Assembly (NCBI GenBank): GCA_002869225.1
Contig: PKTG01000122.1
Coordinates: forward strand, 32,071 to 96,070
Source: Candidatus Muiribacterium halophilum
GTDB taxonomy: Bacteria > Muiribacteriota > Muiribacteriia > Muiribacteriales > Muiribacteriaceae
DNA: 64,000 bases
Direction of reading: 5' to 3'
The notes under the pieces are model-generated. The model was given only the letters and a program-made list of their open reading frames with translations. It was not told the origin of the DNA and ran no database searches. The position numbers and the translations under genes are program-made. Position 1 is the stretch's first letter, and each line of letters starts with the position of its first letter. Below are positions 39,502 through 49,452 of the stretch, in pieces.

Positions 39502-39545
39502 TTTTTATCAGTATAATTTTCTTCTATATGTTTTCTTGCCTGATT

Positions 39546-40574
39546 TCATAGCTGATTTCTGTATTCGTCATTTTCAAATAGATTTTTTAATGCATCTTTT
39601 AGATGGTCAACATCTTTTGGAGGTACTTTAATACCTGTCTTTTTATCAATGTTGACCTCTTTCATTCCGGAGTCAACATTTGTACTTATAACTGGAATCG
39701 AACACGCCATGGCTTCAAGTTGTACTATTCCAAAAGCTTCGGATGTTTCAATAGAAGGTAACACAAATATATCAGATGAGTTTAAAATTGCTTTTAATTG
39801 AACATCATCAGCTTCCGGTATGAATATTATTCTCTTATCTTCCATTGACTGTGCTTTTAAAGTAGAATAATAAGGACCATTTCCTACTATTATTAGATTA
39901 TAATCACCATCGATTTGTTTAAACGCATCAACTAGAAAACTTACTCCTTTATAGTATACAAGTCTTCCAACAAAGACAGCGTTTTTTGAGTTTTCTCCAA
40001 GAAATTCTTTGATTCTTTTTATCCTGTCTAAGAGCTCTTTATCTTTTTCGAAACTATCTATATTAATCCCATAAGGGATAATCTTAACTTTTTCCTCAAA
40101 TTCAGGAAGTATATCAGAATATTGAACATGATAAGGAGTGGCCGCTATTATGGCATCTGCTCTTTGATATATCTTTTTCATCAAAGGCTTATAGAATTTA
40201 TATACAAATTTTTGTGCAACTATATCTGAATGATGACTAATAACAAGTTTCTTATCTTTAGGTAATCCGGCCATTTTCATCAATAGATGAGCCGATGGAT
40301 TTGGCATGTGAATGTGATATATATCACTATCATCTCCTAAAAAGGAAAAAAACATTGAAAGTGAAAAAGGAGTTGAAAAGACCTCAAATAGTTTGCCGTT
40401 TCTTTTTATTGTCACGTTTCCTTCAACCTCTTTTGATGAGAAGAAAGAATCGTTAAAGACTTCCACTGTTAATTCTTCAACCTCGTTTTTTATATTGTTA
40501 ACCAGTGAGAAGAGATGATTTTCAATCCCTCCTTTATATGGAGGATAGTATTTGCCTATCTGTGTTATCTTCAT
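39546..40574 (-). CDS. GT4 glycosyltransferase
   Basis: GGIENH N-terminus and EX7E region (PSIETSEAFGIVQLEAMACSIPVIST). Confidence 0.85.
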   Translation of the reverse strand: MKITQIGKYYPPYKGGIENHLFSLVNNIKNEVEELTVEVFNDSFFSSKEVEGNVTIKRNGKLFEVFSTPFSLSMFFSFLGDDSDIYHIHMPNPSAHLLMKMAGLPKDKKLVISHHSDIVAQKFVYKFYKPLMKKIYQRADAIIAATPYHVQYSDILPEFEEKVKIIPYGINIDSFEKDKELLDRIKRIKEFLGENSKNAVFVGRLVYYKGVSFLVDAFKQIDGDYNLIIVGNGPYYSTLKAQSMEDKRIIFIPEADDVQLKAILNSSDIFVLPSIETSEAFGIVQLEAMACSIPVISTNVDSGMKEVNIDKKTGIKVPPKDVDHLKDALKNLFENDEYRNQL

Positions 40575-40580
40575 TATATA

Positions 40581-40943
40581 TTATCTACCCCAATCCTGTT
40601 GTATTGAATAATTTATCTTTTCAAGTGTCCTTATAAGTTTATCCATATAACCTCCGCCTGCCGTGAAGGAATCGTTAAGAAAGATAAAACCTATTACCAC
40701 AAATGAAATGACTATACTCCAGAAAAACACAAGAAGATGCGTCTTTTTCTGTTCGTGTAGTTTAAGAATAAGTAGTCTTAGTTTTATCTCACAAAGACCT
40801 AGTGTAGAACAACTTTGTCCTTTTTTGAGTTTTTGAGTTTTCTCTTCCGGAATATTACAGTTTATACTTTTAATTGATTTAGAATATTCAAAATATATAC
40901 CAATAGCTATACCTAAAGCAATTCCTACGAAAAACTCTAGCAT
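40581..40943 (-). CDS. Small two-TM membrane protein, unknown function
   Basis: ORF tightly packed between two GT genes, with hydrophobic segments at residues ~1-20 and ~75-95. Confidence 0.4.
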   Translation of the reverse strand: MLEFFVGIALGIAIGIYFEYSKSIKSINCNIPEEKTQKLKKGQSCSTLGLCEIKLRLLILKLHEQKKTHLLVFFWSIVISFVVIGFIFLNDSFTAGGGYMDKLIRTLEKINYSIQQDWGR

Positions 40944-42016
40944 AAGATTACCTTCTTAATATTTTTGTTGTTTCTGATTATATCAAATTTCTTTTTATTT
41001 TTCATCCAAAAAGTATTACATTTAAAATTAAATCCATAATAATCATCAAATACTTGTCTTATTTTTCTGGATAAAGATTCCGGTTTTAATGAAACGTAAT
41101 CTAAGACAAAAGGAAGTGAGCTTTTTTTGTGGAATATCCCTGTAGCGGTTGTTAGTATAGGTTTTTTGTATGAAAGAGCTTCTATATTAGTCCTACCAAA
41201 ACTCTCTCTTTCTGATAGAGTAAGAAAGAGGTCGCAGTTTGTATAGATCTTAGATATATCTGTTAAAAATCCATGAAAGAAAACCCTATTTGAGACGTTG
41301 TTCTCAATAGCTTTTTTTAAAAGGATCTCCTTATAAGGTTGTTGAGTTAGATATGGTTCCTCTCCAAAGATATGTAAAGTGTAATCATCATCTAGATATT
41401 TCATTGTATCTATTGCTATATCTATATTTTTTAGTGAGGTTAGGTGAGCCACCATTGCAAGTTTTTTAGTTTCAGAGTTTTTAAGTTTTATATTGTGTAC
41501 ATTTTCCACTGAATTAAATATAGTTTTAGTCTTAAAACGTGGAAACTGTTTCGCAGTAAGGTTGGAATTGCATATTACTATTTTAGTGAATAAAGAAAGA
41601 AAATAGAAAAGTGTTTTAATATATTTATTATTTAATATATCCCTAAAATGCCATACTATCTTTTTTCTTATCATCAATGAAAGGAGCAAACCCGTAAGGT
41701 GCATCTTGATTCCGTTTGAATATATAATATCGAATTTATCATTAGAAATATTATTTTTTATTTTATATGCGTATTTAACAAAATTAAAAAATGAAAATAT
41801 ATTAAAACTTTTTCGGGATAATTTATTGAAATCAACGTCAGGATAAACAACTGAATATTTAATGTTTAATTCCTTTAAGGAATCGGTTAGATTTCCAGGA
41901 AATGGAAGTATGATTTTGTATATCAGATCAGGATTATGTTTTATAAAAGATAAAAGACTGACCTCAGCCCCGCCTATAAACCCGACGGGGTTGAGTATCA
42001 GTATTTTCTTATTCAT
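40937..42016 (-). CDS. GT4 glycosyltransferase
   Basis: PVGFIGGAEVS N-terminus and EX7E region (SERESFGRTNIEALSYKKPILT). Confidence 0.8.
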   Translation of the reverse strand: MNKKILILNPVGFIGGAEVSLLSFIKHNPDLIYKIILPFPGNLTDSLKELNIKYSVVYPDVDFNKLSRKSFNIFSFFNFVKYAYKIKNNISNDKFDIIYSNGIKMHLTGLLLSLMIRKKIVWHFRDILNNKYIKTLFYFLSLFTKIVICNSNLTAKQFPRFKTKTIFNSVENVHNIKLKNSETKKLAMVAHLTSLKNIDIAIDTMKYLDDDYTLHIFGEEPYLTQQPYKEILLKKAIENNVSNRVFFHGFLTDISKIYTNCDLFLTLSERESFGRTNIEALSYKKPILTTATGIFHKKSSLPFVLDYVSLKPESLSRKIRQVFDDYYGFNFKCNTFWMKNKKKFDIIRNNKNIKKVILC

Positions 42017-42017
42017 C

Positions 42018-44255
42018 TTAATAGTTATAATAATATCCAGAGATGTTTTTAAGTGTTACTTTGTTACATACTATTCCAAGAGGTCCCTGGAAAATGTTTT
42101 TAATATCGTTAAGCGATTTGTTTATTATCTTTCTTGAACTCTGCCTTAATGAGATAACAAATAGTATATTATCAACTTTTGGTACTATTAAAAGAGAATC
42201 TGATATATTAGAAGCTGGTGCAGTATCAATGAGTACTATATCAAATTTTTCTCTTAGATCTGAAATTAGGGTCTCGAACTGTTCTGATTCAAAGAACATA
42301 GCTGGACTAGGTGGTGTTGCACCGGAAGTTATAAGATAAAGGTTATCTACAGGAGTAGCTTTTATAAGATCTTCCTGTGTATTATCAAGCATAATATCTG
42401 TAAGTCCTTTAAAGTTGTCAGTGTTAAAGAACTTATGCTGACTTGGCTTATGAAAATCAGCATCCACAATAACGGTCTTATAACCTGCAAGCGAATAGGT
42501 AATCGCCAGATTTGAGAGTACCAGAGATTTACCTTCTGAAGGTTCAGCACTGTTTACCATTATTACAGAGTTTCTAGCTGTAATACCGGAAAATCCGAAC
42601 TTGGTGTTGATCATCAGCATCTTAAACTGTTCAGAGGCTATATTTTTTGGTTCAAAATATGTAAGAAGCATAGGGTCAAGAGAAGGTTCTATATCACTGA
42701 CTTCTGATTTTCTTATACCAGGTATTCTTGCAAGAAGAGGCAGTTTAAATAGATTTTCAGCTTCTTCAGTCGATTTAATTGATCTATCAAGATGTTCTAT
42801 CAAGAATGCCAACGTTATGCCTGTTAGTATTCCCGCAAGCATAGCAAGTATAAAATTGAATTTCATATTTGGTTTTAATGGTCTTCCTGGTATAGGAGCT
42901 CTATCAAGTATCTTTATCTTTGTCTTTACGGATGCTTTTTTTATCTTAATATCGTTTAAATTCTCAAGGAAAGTATTATAGGTCTTTTCCGCAAGTTGTA
43001 GATCTCTCTGAACAAGATTATAATCCTGAAGTATCTCAGGGAGTTTTTTATACTGATTTTCTTTTTCTTTAATAAGAGTATTATACGATTTGACTTCTGC
43101 CTCTTTTAGGGTGATATCTACCGTATTATCAACGAGTTTTCCTAAGAGTTGTCTATAAAAAGGATTATCCTCAGGATTTTCTTTCTTTTTACTGTAATAC
43201 TCTTTTTCCAATTTAGTTTTTAATAGATCTAACCTAGTTTGTAATTCAACGACCTTTGGATGAGAATCTCCGTAGATCAATTTTGATGATGTAAGTTGAA
43301 GCTGAAGATCTGTTAGTTTTATTCTCATATCATCAATATAATAGTTTCCATAGGCTTCGGAATTATTTAGAGTGAAATCTTTGGAAAAGTCGCTATCTTT
43401 AAGTTTTTTGTTTAGTTTTTCTTTTGAAGCCTTCGCACTATCAAGTTCCCTCTTTGCCTGATCTCTTTCGCTTTTTAGTTTTCTAAGTTCATCCTCAAGT
43501 TTTTGCATCTCATCAGAAACATTATAGGCATTCCCTTCCTGATTTATAGTCTTAAGATTGTTTTCATATTTTTTTATCATATCTAATGTTTCTGTCATCT
43601 GTTCTTTTAAAAAGACTATTTTTTTATCGTATTCCTCACTTTTAGTCTTTTGAATACTGTCAGCAAATATCTCAAAAAGCATATGTGATATGTAAGAGTT
43701 GATAACAGGGTTATGGAAACGCACTACTACTTCAAGTATCTCTGTGCTAATAACAGGGAATACATCGAGTTCATAAAAAGATAAAGTTTTTAATGAGTCT
43801 GGAGTGACCTGGTTTTTGATCTTTCGAAACTCATCTTTAAAAAACATCTCTCTTTTTGCAGTGTCCCCGTTATTTATGCTATGAATATAATCATAATTTT
43901 TAGGAAGTTCTCTCTGGAATAGCTCCTCAAATTCAGAGGAATCTTTTAATTCTATTGATTTTACAAAAAATCTGTTAAGTCTTGAGACTACCTGTTGTTT
44001 TATTATTGATGATTTAACAAGCTCAATATAGTTTGTTATAGATTCGTTGTATTTATAGACTGTAGAACTTTCAGATACAGTGAAATCATCTTTTTGAACC
44101 ATTACTCTGCCTTTTGTCTCGAATACAGGAGTCTGATAATATGAGAACAACATTACAAAGAAGACTATTAATACGGTAGCTTCTGTTATTATAGGTAATC
44201 TTTTGGTTATAGTGTGTAAATAATCATGTAGGGAGAAATCTCTATTGTTGTCCAT
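42018..44255 (-). CDS. Polysaccharide co-polymerase / tyrosine autokinase (Wzc/EpsG-like)
   Basis: Wzz-like N-domain with 2 TM, a long coiled coil, a C-terminal P-loop kinase (SAEPSEGKSLVLSNLA, VIVDADF, VLIDTAP) and a Tyr-rich tail (ISGYYYNY). Confidence 0.88.
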   Translation of the reverse strand: MDNNRDFSLHDYLHTITKRLPIITEATVLIVFFVMLFSYYQTPVFETKGRVMVQKDDFTVSESSTVYKYNESITNYIELVKSSIIKQQVVSRLNRFFVKSIELKDSSEFEELFQRELPKNYDYIHSINNGDTAKREMFFKDEFRKIKNQVTPDSLKTLSFYELDVFPVISTEILEVVVRFHNPVINSYISHMLFEIFADSIQKTKSEEYDKKIVFLKEQMTETLDMIKKYENNLKTINQEGNAYNVSDEMQKLEDELRKLKSERDQAKRELDSAKASKEKLNKKLKDSDFSKDFTLNNSEAYGNYYIDDMRIKLTDLQLQLTSSKLIYGDSHPKVVELQTRLDLLKTKLEKEYYSKKKENPEDNPFYRQLLGKLVDNTVDITLKEAEVKSYNTLIKEKENQYKKLPEILQDYNLVQRDLQLAEKTYNTFLENLNDIKIKKASVKTKIKILDRAPIPGRPLKPNMKFNFILAMLAGILTGITLAFLIEHLDRSIKSTEEAENLFKLPLLARIPGIRKSEVSDIEPSLDPMLLTYFEPKNIASEQFKMLMINTKFGFSGITARNSVIMVNSAEPSEGKSLVLSNLAITYSLAGYKTVIVDADFHKPSQHKFFNTDNFKGLTDIMLDNTQEDLIKATPVDNLYLITSGATPPSPAMFFESEQFETLISDLREKFDIVLIDTAPASNISDSLLIVPKVDNILFVISLRQSSRKIINKSLNDIKNIFQGPLGIVCNKVTLKNISGYYYNY

Positions 44256-44256
44256 A

Positions 44257-45132
44257 TTAGAAATCCTCCTTTGAGATAGTCTTCACATTTTTTGCGCCAA
44301 CAAATATATTTGAAAACTTTTCAATTGTATTGGTAAGCATATCAAGAGCGGATCCTCTGTTTTTTGGTATAAACAGTATATCTCCCGGTAAAAGCGAAGG
44401 GAAGTCCTGATATCTGCCTCTTTGCATTACGTTTGCAAGATTTATGTTTAGTTTTAAAACCTTTTCTTTTTCTTTTCTGAGTATAATAGCATAATTCAAA
44501 GCAGCTCTTTCTTTTGGTTTTGACAAAATAGCAAGATCAAGCGGAGATATTGTATCATCATAATATACTTTGAAAGGATTGTTAACTTCACCTACAACAT
44601 AAATATACGGAAGTTCTTTTAAGATTATTGTATCACCATCTTCAATTATTGGATTGTTCATATAATCACCATGTTTCATAAAACTACTATAATCATATGA
44701 TCGCATTTTCTCACCATTTACCACTAGGATTTTATACTTATCAGAGCTTTCCAGAAGTCCACCAGCCATATTTAATGCCTCAGATAATCTTATTTTTTTA
44801 TTAAAGCTAAATTTACCTTCATTTTTTATCTCTCCTGATATATTAAAATGAAAACCGTCGGTATTTAAATATATAAGAGGGCTTTTTATGACATCAGGAT
44901 CTAGTCTTTTAAAGATCTCATCTTTTATCTGATTTAATGTCATGTCTTCGACATTAAATCCTCCTATATAAGGTAGAATGAGTTCATTTCTGTAGTTGAC
45001 CTGAAACTCCTCGTTTATCTCTTCCTGTCCAAGTACATTAAAAACAGTTATGTGTACTGAATCCCCATAGCTTAATGAATGTGCAAGAAGTGATGTTAAG
45101 ATTATGATTATTAGAAGTATTGTTTTTCTCAT
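44257..45132 (-). CDS. Wza-like polysaccharide export protein (Poly_export + SLBB)
   Basis: Signal peptide MRKTILLIIIILTSLLA after an AGAGGGA RBS. GDSVHITVF... and later GDTIILK/GDILFIP SLBB-like motifs. Confidence 0.75.
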   Translation of the reverse strand: MRKTILLIIIILTSLLAHSLSYGDSVHITVFNVLGQEEINEEFQVNYRNELILPYIGGFNVEDMTLNQIKDEIFKRLDPDVIKSPLIYLNTDGFHFNISGEIKNEGKFSFNKKIRLSEALNMAGGLLESSDKYKILVVNGEKMRSYDYSSFMKHGDYMNNPIIEDGDTIILKELPYIYVVGEVNNPFKVYYDDTISPLDLAILSKPKERAALNYAIILRKEKEKVLKLNINLANVMQRGRYQDFPSLLPGDILFIPKNRGSALDMLTNTIEKFSNIFVGAKNVKTISKEDF

Positions 45133-45233
45133 AAATCCCTCTCTAAATATTTTTATTATTATTATTATCGTCATCGGGCTCGTCTAATTAAAACAAATAA
45201 GCGACGATTTTTAAAATTACCGGTTCTCTGTTT

Positions 45234-46457
45234 TTAAGCTTTTCGAGATTTTTTCCTTTTTTCTATCTCTACTCTGTTTCTGCCTTTTTTCTTAGCTCTG
45301 TAAAGTGCAGCATCAGCAGCCTGTATGACTTCAACCGGATCAGTCCTAAAAGAAGATGAGCATGCGATCCCTAGACTTATTGTAACATTTACTTTTTTTC
45401 CTGGAATCTTATCGTTTTTCCCTTTAGTAAGTGTATATGATGATCCTTCAACACTTCTTCTGAAGAAGTCCGCATGTGGTAATACCTGAGAGCCTTCTTT
45501 TCCCGGAGTTATTACGACAAATTCCTCGCCGCCATATCTATAACATCTACCAAATGAGTTCTTTTTTAGTATTCCGGATACAAATTGAAGTACTTCATCT
45601 CCTGCCTGATGACCATATTTGTCGTTAAAGTTTTTGAAATGATCAATATCCATCATAGTCATTGTATATTTTTTGCCTAGTTTTGAACACGTTGCGTCAA
45701 AAGCTCTTCTATTTAAAAGACCTGTAAGCTCGTCAGTAAAGACTTTATCCCATGTCGAAAAATAAAGAGATATTATAAGTAGTAGAGATGATATATTCAT
45801 TGTGAGTGATATCAGATATTTATATTTTCCTAAACTTGTATTAGTCAATGATAAGAATGTCAAAAGACTAAATAGAAGTATAAGATCAGCAGAGAAGGAA
45901 CGTGTAAAATTAAATCCTCCGTTCTTTCTAAAAAAATATAACATCGTTAGAATTATCATTAAAAATAATGAGTTTAATATACTTACTTTGGTTATTAGAT
46001 CCAGACTATTAAGTGGAATACTGTTTATCGTTATAAAAGCTTTCTTTTCTATTATTCCAGAATAAAAAAATAAAACTGAAGACTGTGCAGCGATGAAAAT
46101 AAATTTAAATATACCGGGAAGTGTAAGAATTCCAGAATCTCTTGTATATCTAAAAAATATAAAATCCAGAAGTAAAAACCATATTATAAGTATATGCGAT
46201 GTCTTTTCTTTAAAAAATAACATTAATATATATATAAGGACCTGTAAGAGAGAAATGAAAAAGATTCTGGTCTTGTTAAAATGAGAGGAAATAAATAAAC
46301 ATATAAAGAAAAAGACAAATGGAAGAAATATAAAGGCTTGTCTGACGACTCCACCGAGTTTTTTGAAATAATCAAAATGAAGATCTGAAAAGTAAAATAC
46401 TAATATACATATAAGAAAAGAAAAAAAATAGAAAAAAATATCGGAAAGCTTCTTCAT
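45234..46457 (-). CDS. Membrane-anchored diguanylate cyclase (GGDEF)
   Basis: About 7 TM helices, then LTGLLNRRAF ... RYGGEEFVV ... ALYRAKKKGRN. Confidence 0.9.
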   Translation of the reverse strand: MKKLSDIFFYFFSFLICILVFYFSDLHFDYFKKLGGVVRQAFIFLPFVFFFICLFISSHFNKTRIFFISLLQVLIYILMLFFKEKTSHILIIWFLLLDFIFFRYTRDSGILTLPGIFKFIFIAAQSSVLFFYSGIIEKKAFITINSIPLNSLDLITKVSILNSLFLMIILTMLYFFRKNGGFNFTRSFSADLILLFSLLTFLSLTNTSLGKYKYLISLTMNISSLLLIISLYFSTWDKVFTDELTGLLNRRAFDATCSKLGKKYTMTMMDIDHFKNFNDKYGHQAGDEVLQFVSGILKKNSFGRCYRYGGEEFVVITPGKEGSQVLPHADFFRRSVEGSSYTLTKGKNDKIPGKKVNVTISLGIACSSSFRTDPVEVIQAADAALYRAKKKGRNRVEIEKRKKSRKA

Positions 46458-46679
46458 ATGCTAAAGATACTTGAAAAAACACAACTTTACAAAAAAAATG
46501 GTGCTTTATTTAGTGTGACGGTTGACAGTTTTAAAGGTAGTCATTGACTATTGTGTTTAAGAGAAGTTTAAATATTAACTTTTTTTCAAAAAAAAATAAC
46601 TCAATAAAATATATTTGTATATAAAAAACAAGTGATGTAACATTTAAGCGAAAATCCATAATATTCCTTAGGAGGAAAG

Positions 46680-47609
46680 ATGGACTTTAATATGAAGCAC
46701 ATTATATCTATCAATGATTTTCAAAGAGAAGAGATAGATTATATTCTTGACCAATCAAAAAAGATGGAAGAATTACCACAAAAAGATAAAATAGAGCTTT
46801 TTAAAGGTAAGGTAATGGCTTCCTTGTTTTTTGAACCTTCAACAAGAACAAAAGATTCATTTATTTCTGCTTGTCTCAAAATGGGAGGCAATCATGTAGG
46901 ATTTAGTGATACATCTTCAACCTCTTTAAAAAAAGGAGAGACCTTTGCGGATACGATTCGGATGTATGAAAAGTATTCGGATATTCTTGTAATAAGACAT
47001 AGCATCGAAGGAGCAGCCAGATATGCTTCTGAGATTCTTAGTATTCCAGTTATCAATGGTGGAGATGGCGCAAATCAACATCCTACTCAGACGTTACTTG
47101 ATCTTTATTCAATAAAAAAATCAAAAGGATCGATAGATAATAATAATATTTTAATAGCTGGTGATCTTAAGTATGGTAGAACAGTTCATTCATTATCATT
47201 AGCTTTAAGTCTATTTGATAATATCAATCTTACATTTGTGAGCCCACCATCTCTTAGAATGCCGGATGAAATTACAGAGATGCTGAGAAACAGAGGAGTC
47301 AGCTTTTCTATTTATGACAATCTTGAAGAAGCTGTAAGGGACAATGATATAATTTACATGACTCGTATACAGAGGGAAAGATTTCCAAATGGTGCTTAAT
47401 ATGAAAGAGTCAAGAACTCTTATCTTATCGATAGAGAGCTTTTAGAAAGATGTCCTACCGATATCAGGATCATGCATCCTCTACCTAGAGTAGGTGAGAT
47501 CTCAACTGAGGTAGATCATATGCCACAGGCCTTATATTTTCAACAGGCAGCAAACGGTATTCCGGTGAGACAATCGCTGCTTATGCTTCTTACAGGAGGT
47601 GTTCTATGA
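46680..47609 (+). pseudogene. pyrB: Aspartate carbamoyltransferase catalytic chain with an in-frame TAA (47397-47399)
   Basis: STRTK, HPTQ and the post-stop continuation YERVKNSYLIDRELL...IMHPLPRVGEISTEVD...YFQQAANGIPVRQSLLMLL are all in one frame. TGA 47607-47609 overlaps the pyrI ATG. Confidence 0.9.
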
Positions 47610-48067
47610 ACGATAGACCGTATAAAGTTTACCGAATAGAAAATGGAACTGTGATCGATCATATACAGGGATCCAAAGCTATCAGAGTGCTTCATGTACT
47701 GGGACTTGATACGGATATGAATAATCTTATTACGATGGGAATCAATCTCAAAAGTAAAAAGTTTGGAAAAAAAGATGTAATAAAGATCGAGAATAGATAT
47801 TTATCAAAAAAGGAATTTGATAAAATAGCAATTGTATCACCTGATGCTACTGTGAATGTGATAAAGGATGGAAAGAGATCTGAAAAGCATATCGTGAAGC
47901 TACCTGGTAAAATAAATGGTATAATAAGATGTCCTAATCCTGATTGTATAACAAGAAAAGAAAAAATCGAAAGTGTTTTCATAACACAACATAATGAAGA
48001 TGAGATAAAGTATAGATGTCATTACTGTGAAAGGTCTTTTGAAAAAGAATGCGTGTCGATAATCTGA
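47606..48067 (+). CDS. pyrI: Aspartate carbamoyltransferase regulatory chain
   Basis: VYRIENGTVIDHI N-domain and a Zn domain (CPNPDCIT...YRCHYCE). Confidence 0.9.
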   Translation: MNDRPYKVYRIENGTVIDHIQGSKAIRVLHVLGLDTDMNNLITMGINLKSKKFGKKDVIKIENRYLSKKEFDKIAIVSPDATVNVIKDGKRSEKHIVKLPGKINGIIRCPNPDCITRKEKIESVFITQHNEDEIKYRCHYCERSFEKECVSII

Positions 48068-48948
48068 TAGAAAACGAAAAACGAGAGATAAAAAAGGTTA
48101 CGTGGATAAGTGTATTTATAAATATTTTTCTTTCTGTTGCAAAGATCATGGCCGGTATTTTCGGTTCTTCAGCTGCACTTATAGCAGATGGTGTGCATTC
48201 AGCTTCTGATCTTTTATCGGATTTTATCCTTATTATTGCCTCAGGTTTATGGACAAAAGCTGAGGATGACAATCATCCATATGGTCATCGAAAGATAGAG
48301 AACCTTACCACGTTGATTCTGGGTATTCTCGTATTGATTGCAGCGATTCCTATGATGATCTCAGCAATAAGAGATCTCAAAGTGAATCATATAGCCTCAG
48401 CGCCTGGAAGAATAACATTGATTGTTGCTATGCTTTCCTTAATACTTAAAGAGTTTCTTTTCAGGGTGACCAGAAGTACAGGAAAACGCATAAGATCTCA
48501 GGCAGTAATAGCAAATGCATGGCATCACAGATCGGATGCTTTATCAACTGTTCCTGTACTAGTCTCTATTCTGGTTGCGATGTTGTATCCGGAATGGGGA
48601 TTTGTTGATGAGATAGGAGCTATAATCGTCAGTGTAATGCTTATATATATGGGAATACGTTTTATTTGTCATGCGCTTAAATGTATGCTTGATTTTGCAG
48701 CATCAGAGGATGTGATTGAAAGAATAAAAGGTAAGAGTTTTAAGGTCGATGGTGTCATGGATGTGCATAAAGTTCGTACAAGATATATGGGTAGTTCGTT
48801 ATTTATAGATATGCATATAGAAGTAGATCCTGATATTTCAGTGAGGAAAGGGCATAAAATAGCCGGAATAGTAAAAAAAGAATTACTATCATCTGATTGC
48901 GAAGTCTCTGATGTGATAATACATATAGAGCCGTTTGAGAAGCTTTAA
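48049..48948 (+). CDS. Cation diffusion facilitator family transporter
   Basis: 6 TM helices, HSASDLLSD and HHRSDALS metal-site motifs, and a C-terminal cytoplasmic domain. Confidence 0.88.
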   Translation: MRVDNLIENEKREIKKVTWISVFINIFLSVAKIMAGIFGSSAALIADGVHSASDLLSDFILIIASGLWTKAEDDNHPYGHRKIENLTTLILGILVLIAAIPMMISAIRDLKVNHIASAPGRITLIVAMLSLILKEFLFRVTRSTGKRIRSQAVIANAWHHRSDALSTVPVLVSILVAMLYPEWGFVDEIGAIIVSVMLIYMGIRFICHALKCMLDFAASEDVIERIKGKSFKVDGVMDVHKVRTRYMGSSLFIDMHIEVDPDISVRKGHKIAGIVKKELLSSDCEVSDVIIHIEPFEKL

Positions 48949-48949
48949 A

Positions 48950-49052
48950 CGTAAAGCGTAAGGCGTGAAGCGAAGAATCACGAAGAAGCACGAAAAGGCA
49001 CGATGGGTTGATTTTCCGAAAAGTCGTAAAGTCGATTAGTCGGAATATCGGC
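48950..49052. repeat. CpG-phased degenerate tandem array filling a convergent intergenic gap
   Basis: Units each start with CG: CGTAAAG CGTAAGG CGTGAAG | CGAAGAATCA CGAAGAAGCA CGAAAAGGCA | CGATGGGTTGATTTTC | CGAAAAGT CGTAAAGT CGATTAGT CGGAATAT CGGC (3x7, 3x10, 16, 4x8 nt). Confidence 0.6.
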
Positions 49053-49054
49053 TT

Positions 49055-49423
49055 TTATGGTTTTCTACTTTCTGTTTTTAAAAAAAGATGTGTATTACAT
49101 CTGCAATCTGAAGCTCCAAAACCTTTTATAGGTTCAATTAGATCAAATTCCTCTTTTATACTTTGAGCAAGTTCACATTCCGAGAAAACTACATTGGAAA
49201 AAGCAACGACTTTTATCATATAAAAATCAGTTGTAAGATAATCAATATGCCAGTGAAGCTTTTTTTCTTTTCTTATATGTCTTTCTATTCTTTTATCAAG
49301 GTTTTTTTTTGCACTTCCAATGTAAAGATAGTAACCGGGCAGGAAAATAAAATCACCAAGTTTACCGATTTTCTTTGTAACTTTTTTGTTATTATGTAGT
49401 ATAAGAATATACAGATTATTCAT
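49055..49423 (-). CDS. GIY-YIG-like DUF123 domain protein
   Basis: GYYLYIGSAKKNLDKRIERH...LHWHIDYL pattern of DUF123/Uri-type nuclease-fold proteins. Confidence 0.7.
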   Translation of the reverse strand: MNNLYILILHNNKKVTKKIGKLGDFIFLPGYYLYIGSAKKNLDKRIERHIRKEKKLHWHIDYLTTDFYMIKVVAFSNVVFSECELAQSIKEEFDLIEPIKGFGASDCRCNTHLFLKTESRKP

Positions 49424-49452
49424 AAATATAAAATATCATATGGAGGAAGAAT

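Noticed and set aside
46458-46679. A pyr attenuator, PyrR box or leader peptide upstream of pyrB, including the T7-C-A9 tract at 46580-46596 and a 6-codon ORF at about 46498.
   Set aside because: No PyrR-type ARUCCAGAGAGGCU-like motif and no terminator/antiterminator pair could be found. Homopolymer tracts are common in this AT-rich DNA. Promoter hexamers here (TTGACA 46522, TTGACT 46544) lack convincing -10 partners.
48949-49008. Readthrough extension of the CDF transporter past TAA 48946 (a charged tail SVRREAKNHEEARKGTMG).
   Set aside because: It would require passing two TAA codons within 9 nt. The CDF C-terminal domain already looks complete.
48949-49054. tRNA, other ncRNA gene, or a mini-CRISPR in the relatively GC-rich convergent gap.
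   Set aside because: There is no cloverleaf, no GTTCRANNC T-loop, and no acceptor-stem pairing. The units are 7-10 nt, contiguous and degenerate, so they are not repeat-spacer architecture. I kept it only as an unexplained tandem array.
49055-49423. The GIY-YIG/DUF123 gene as part of a mobile element or homing endonuclease insertion.
   Set aside because: There are no flanking inverted or direct repeats, no intein or intron context, no integrase or transposase nearby, and its neighbours are intact.
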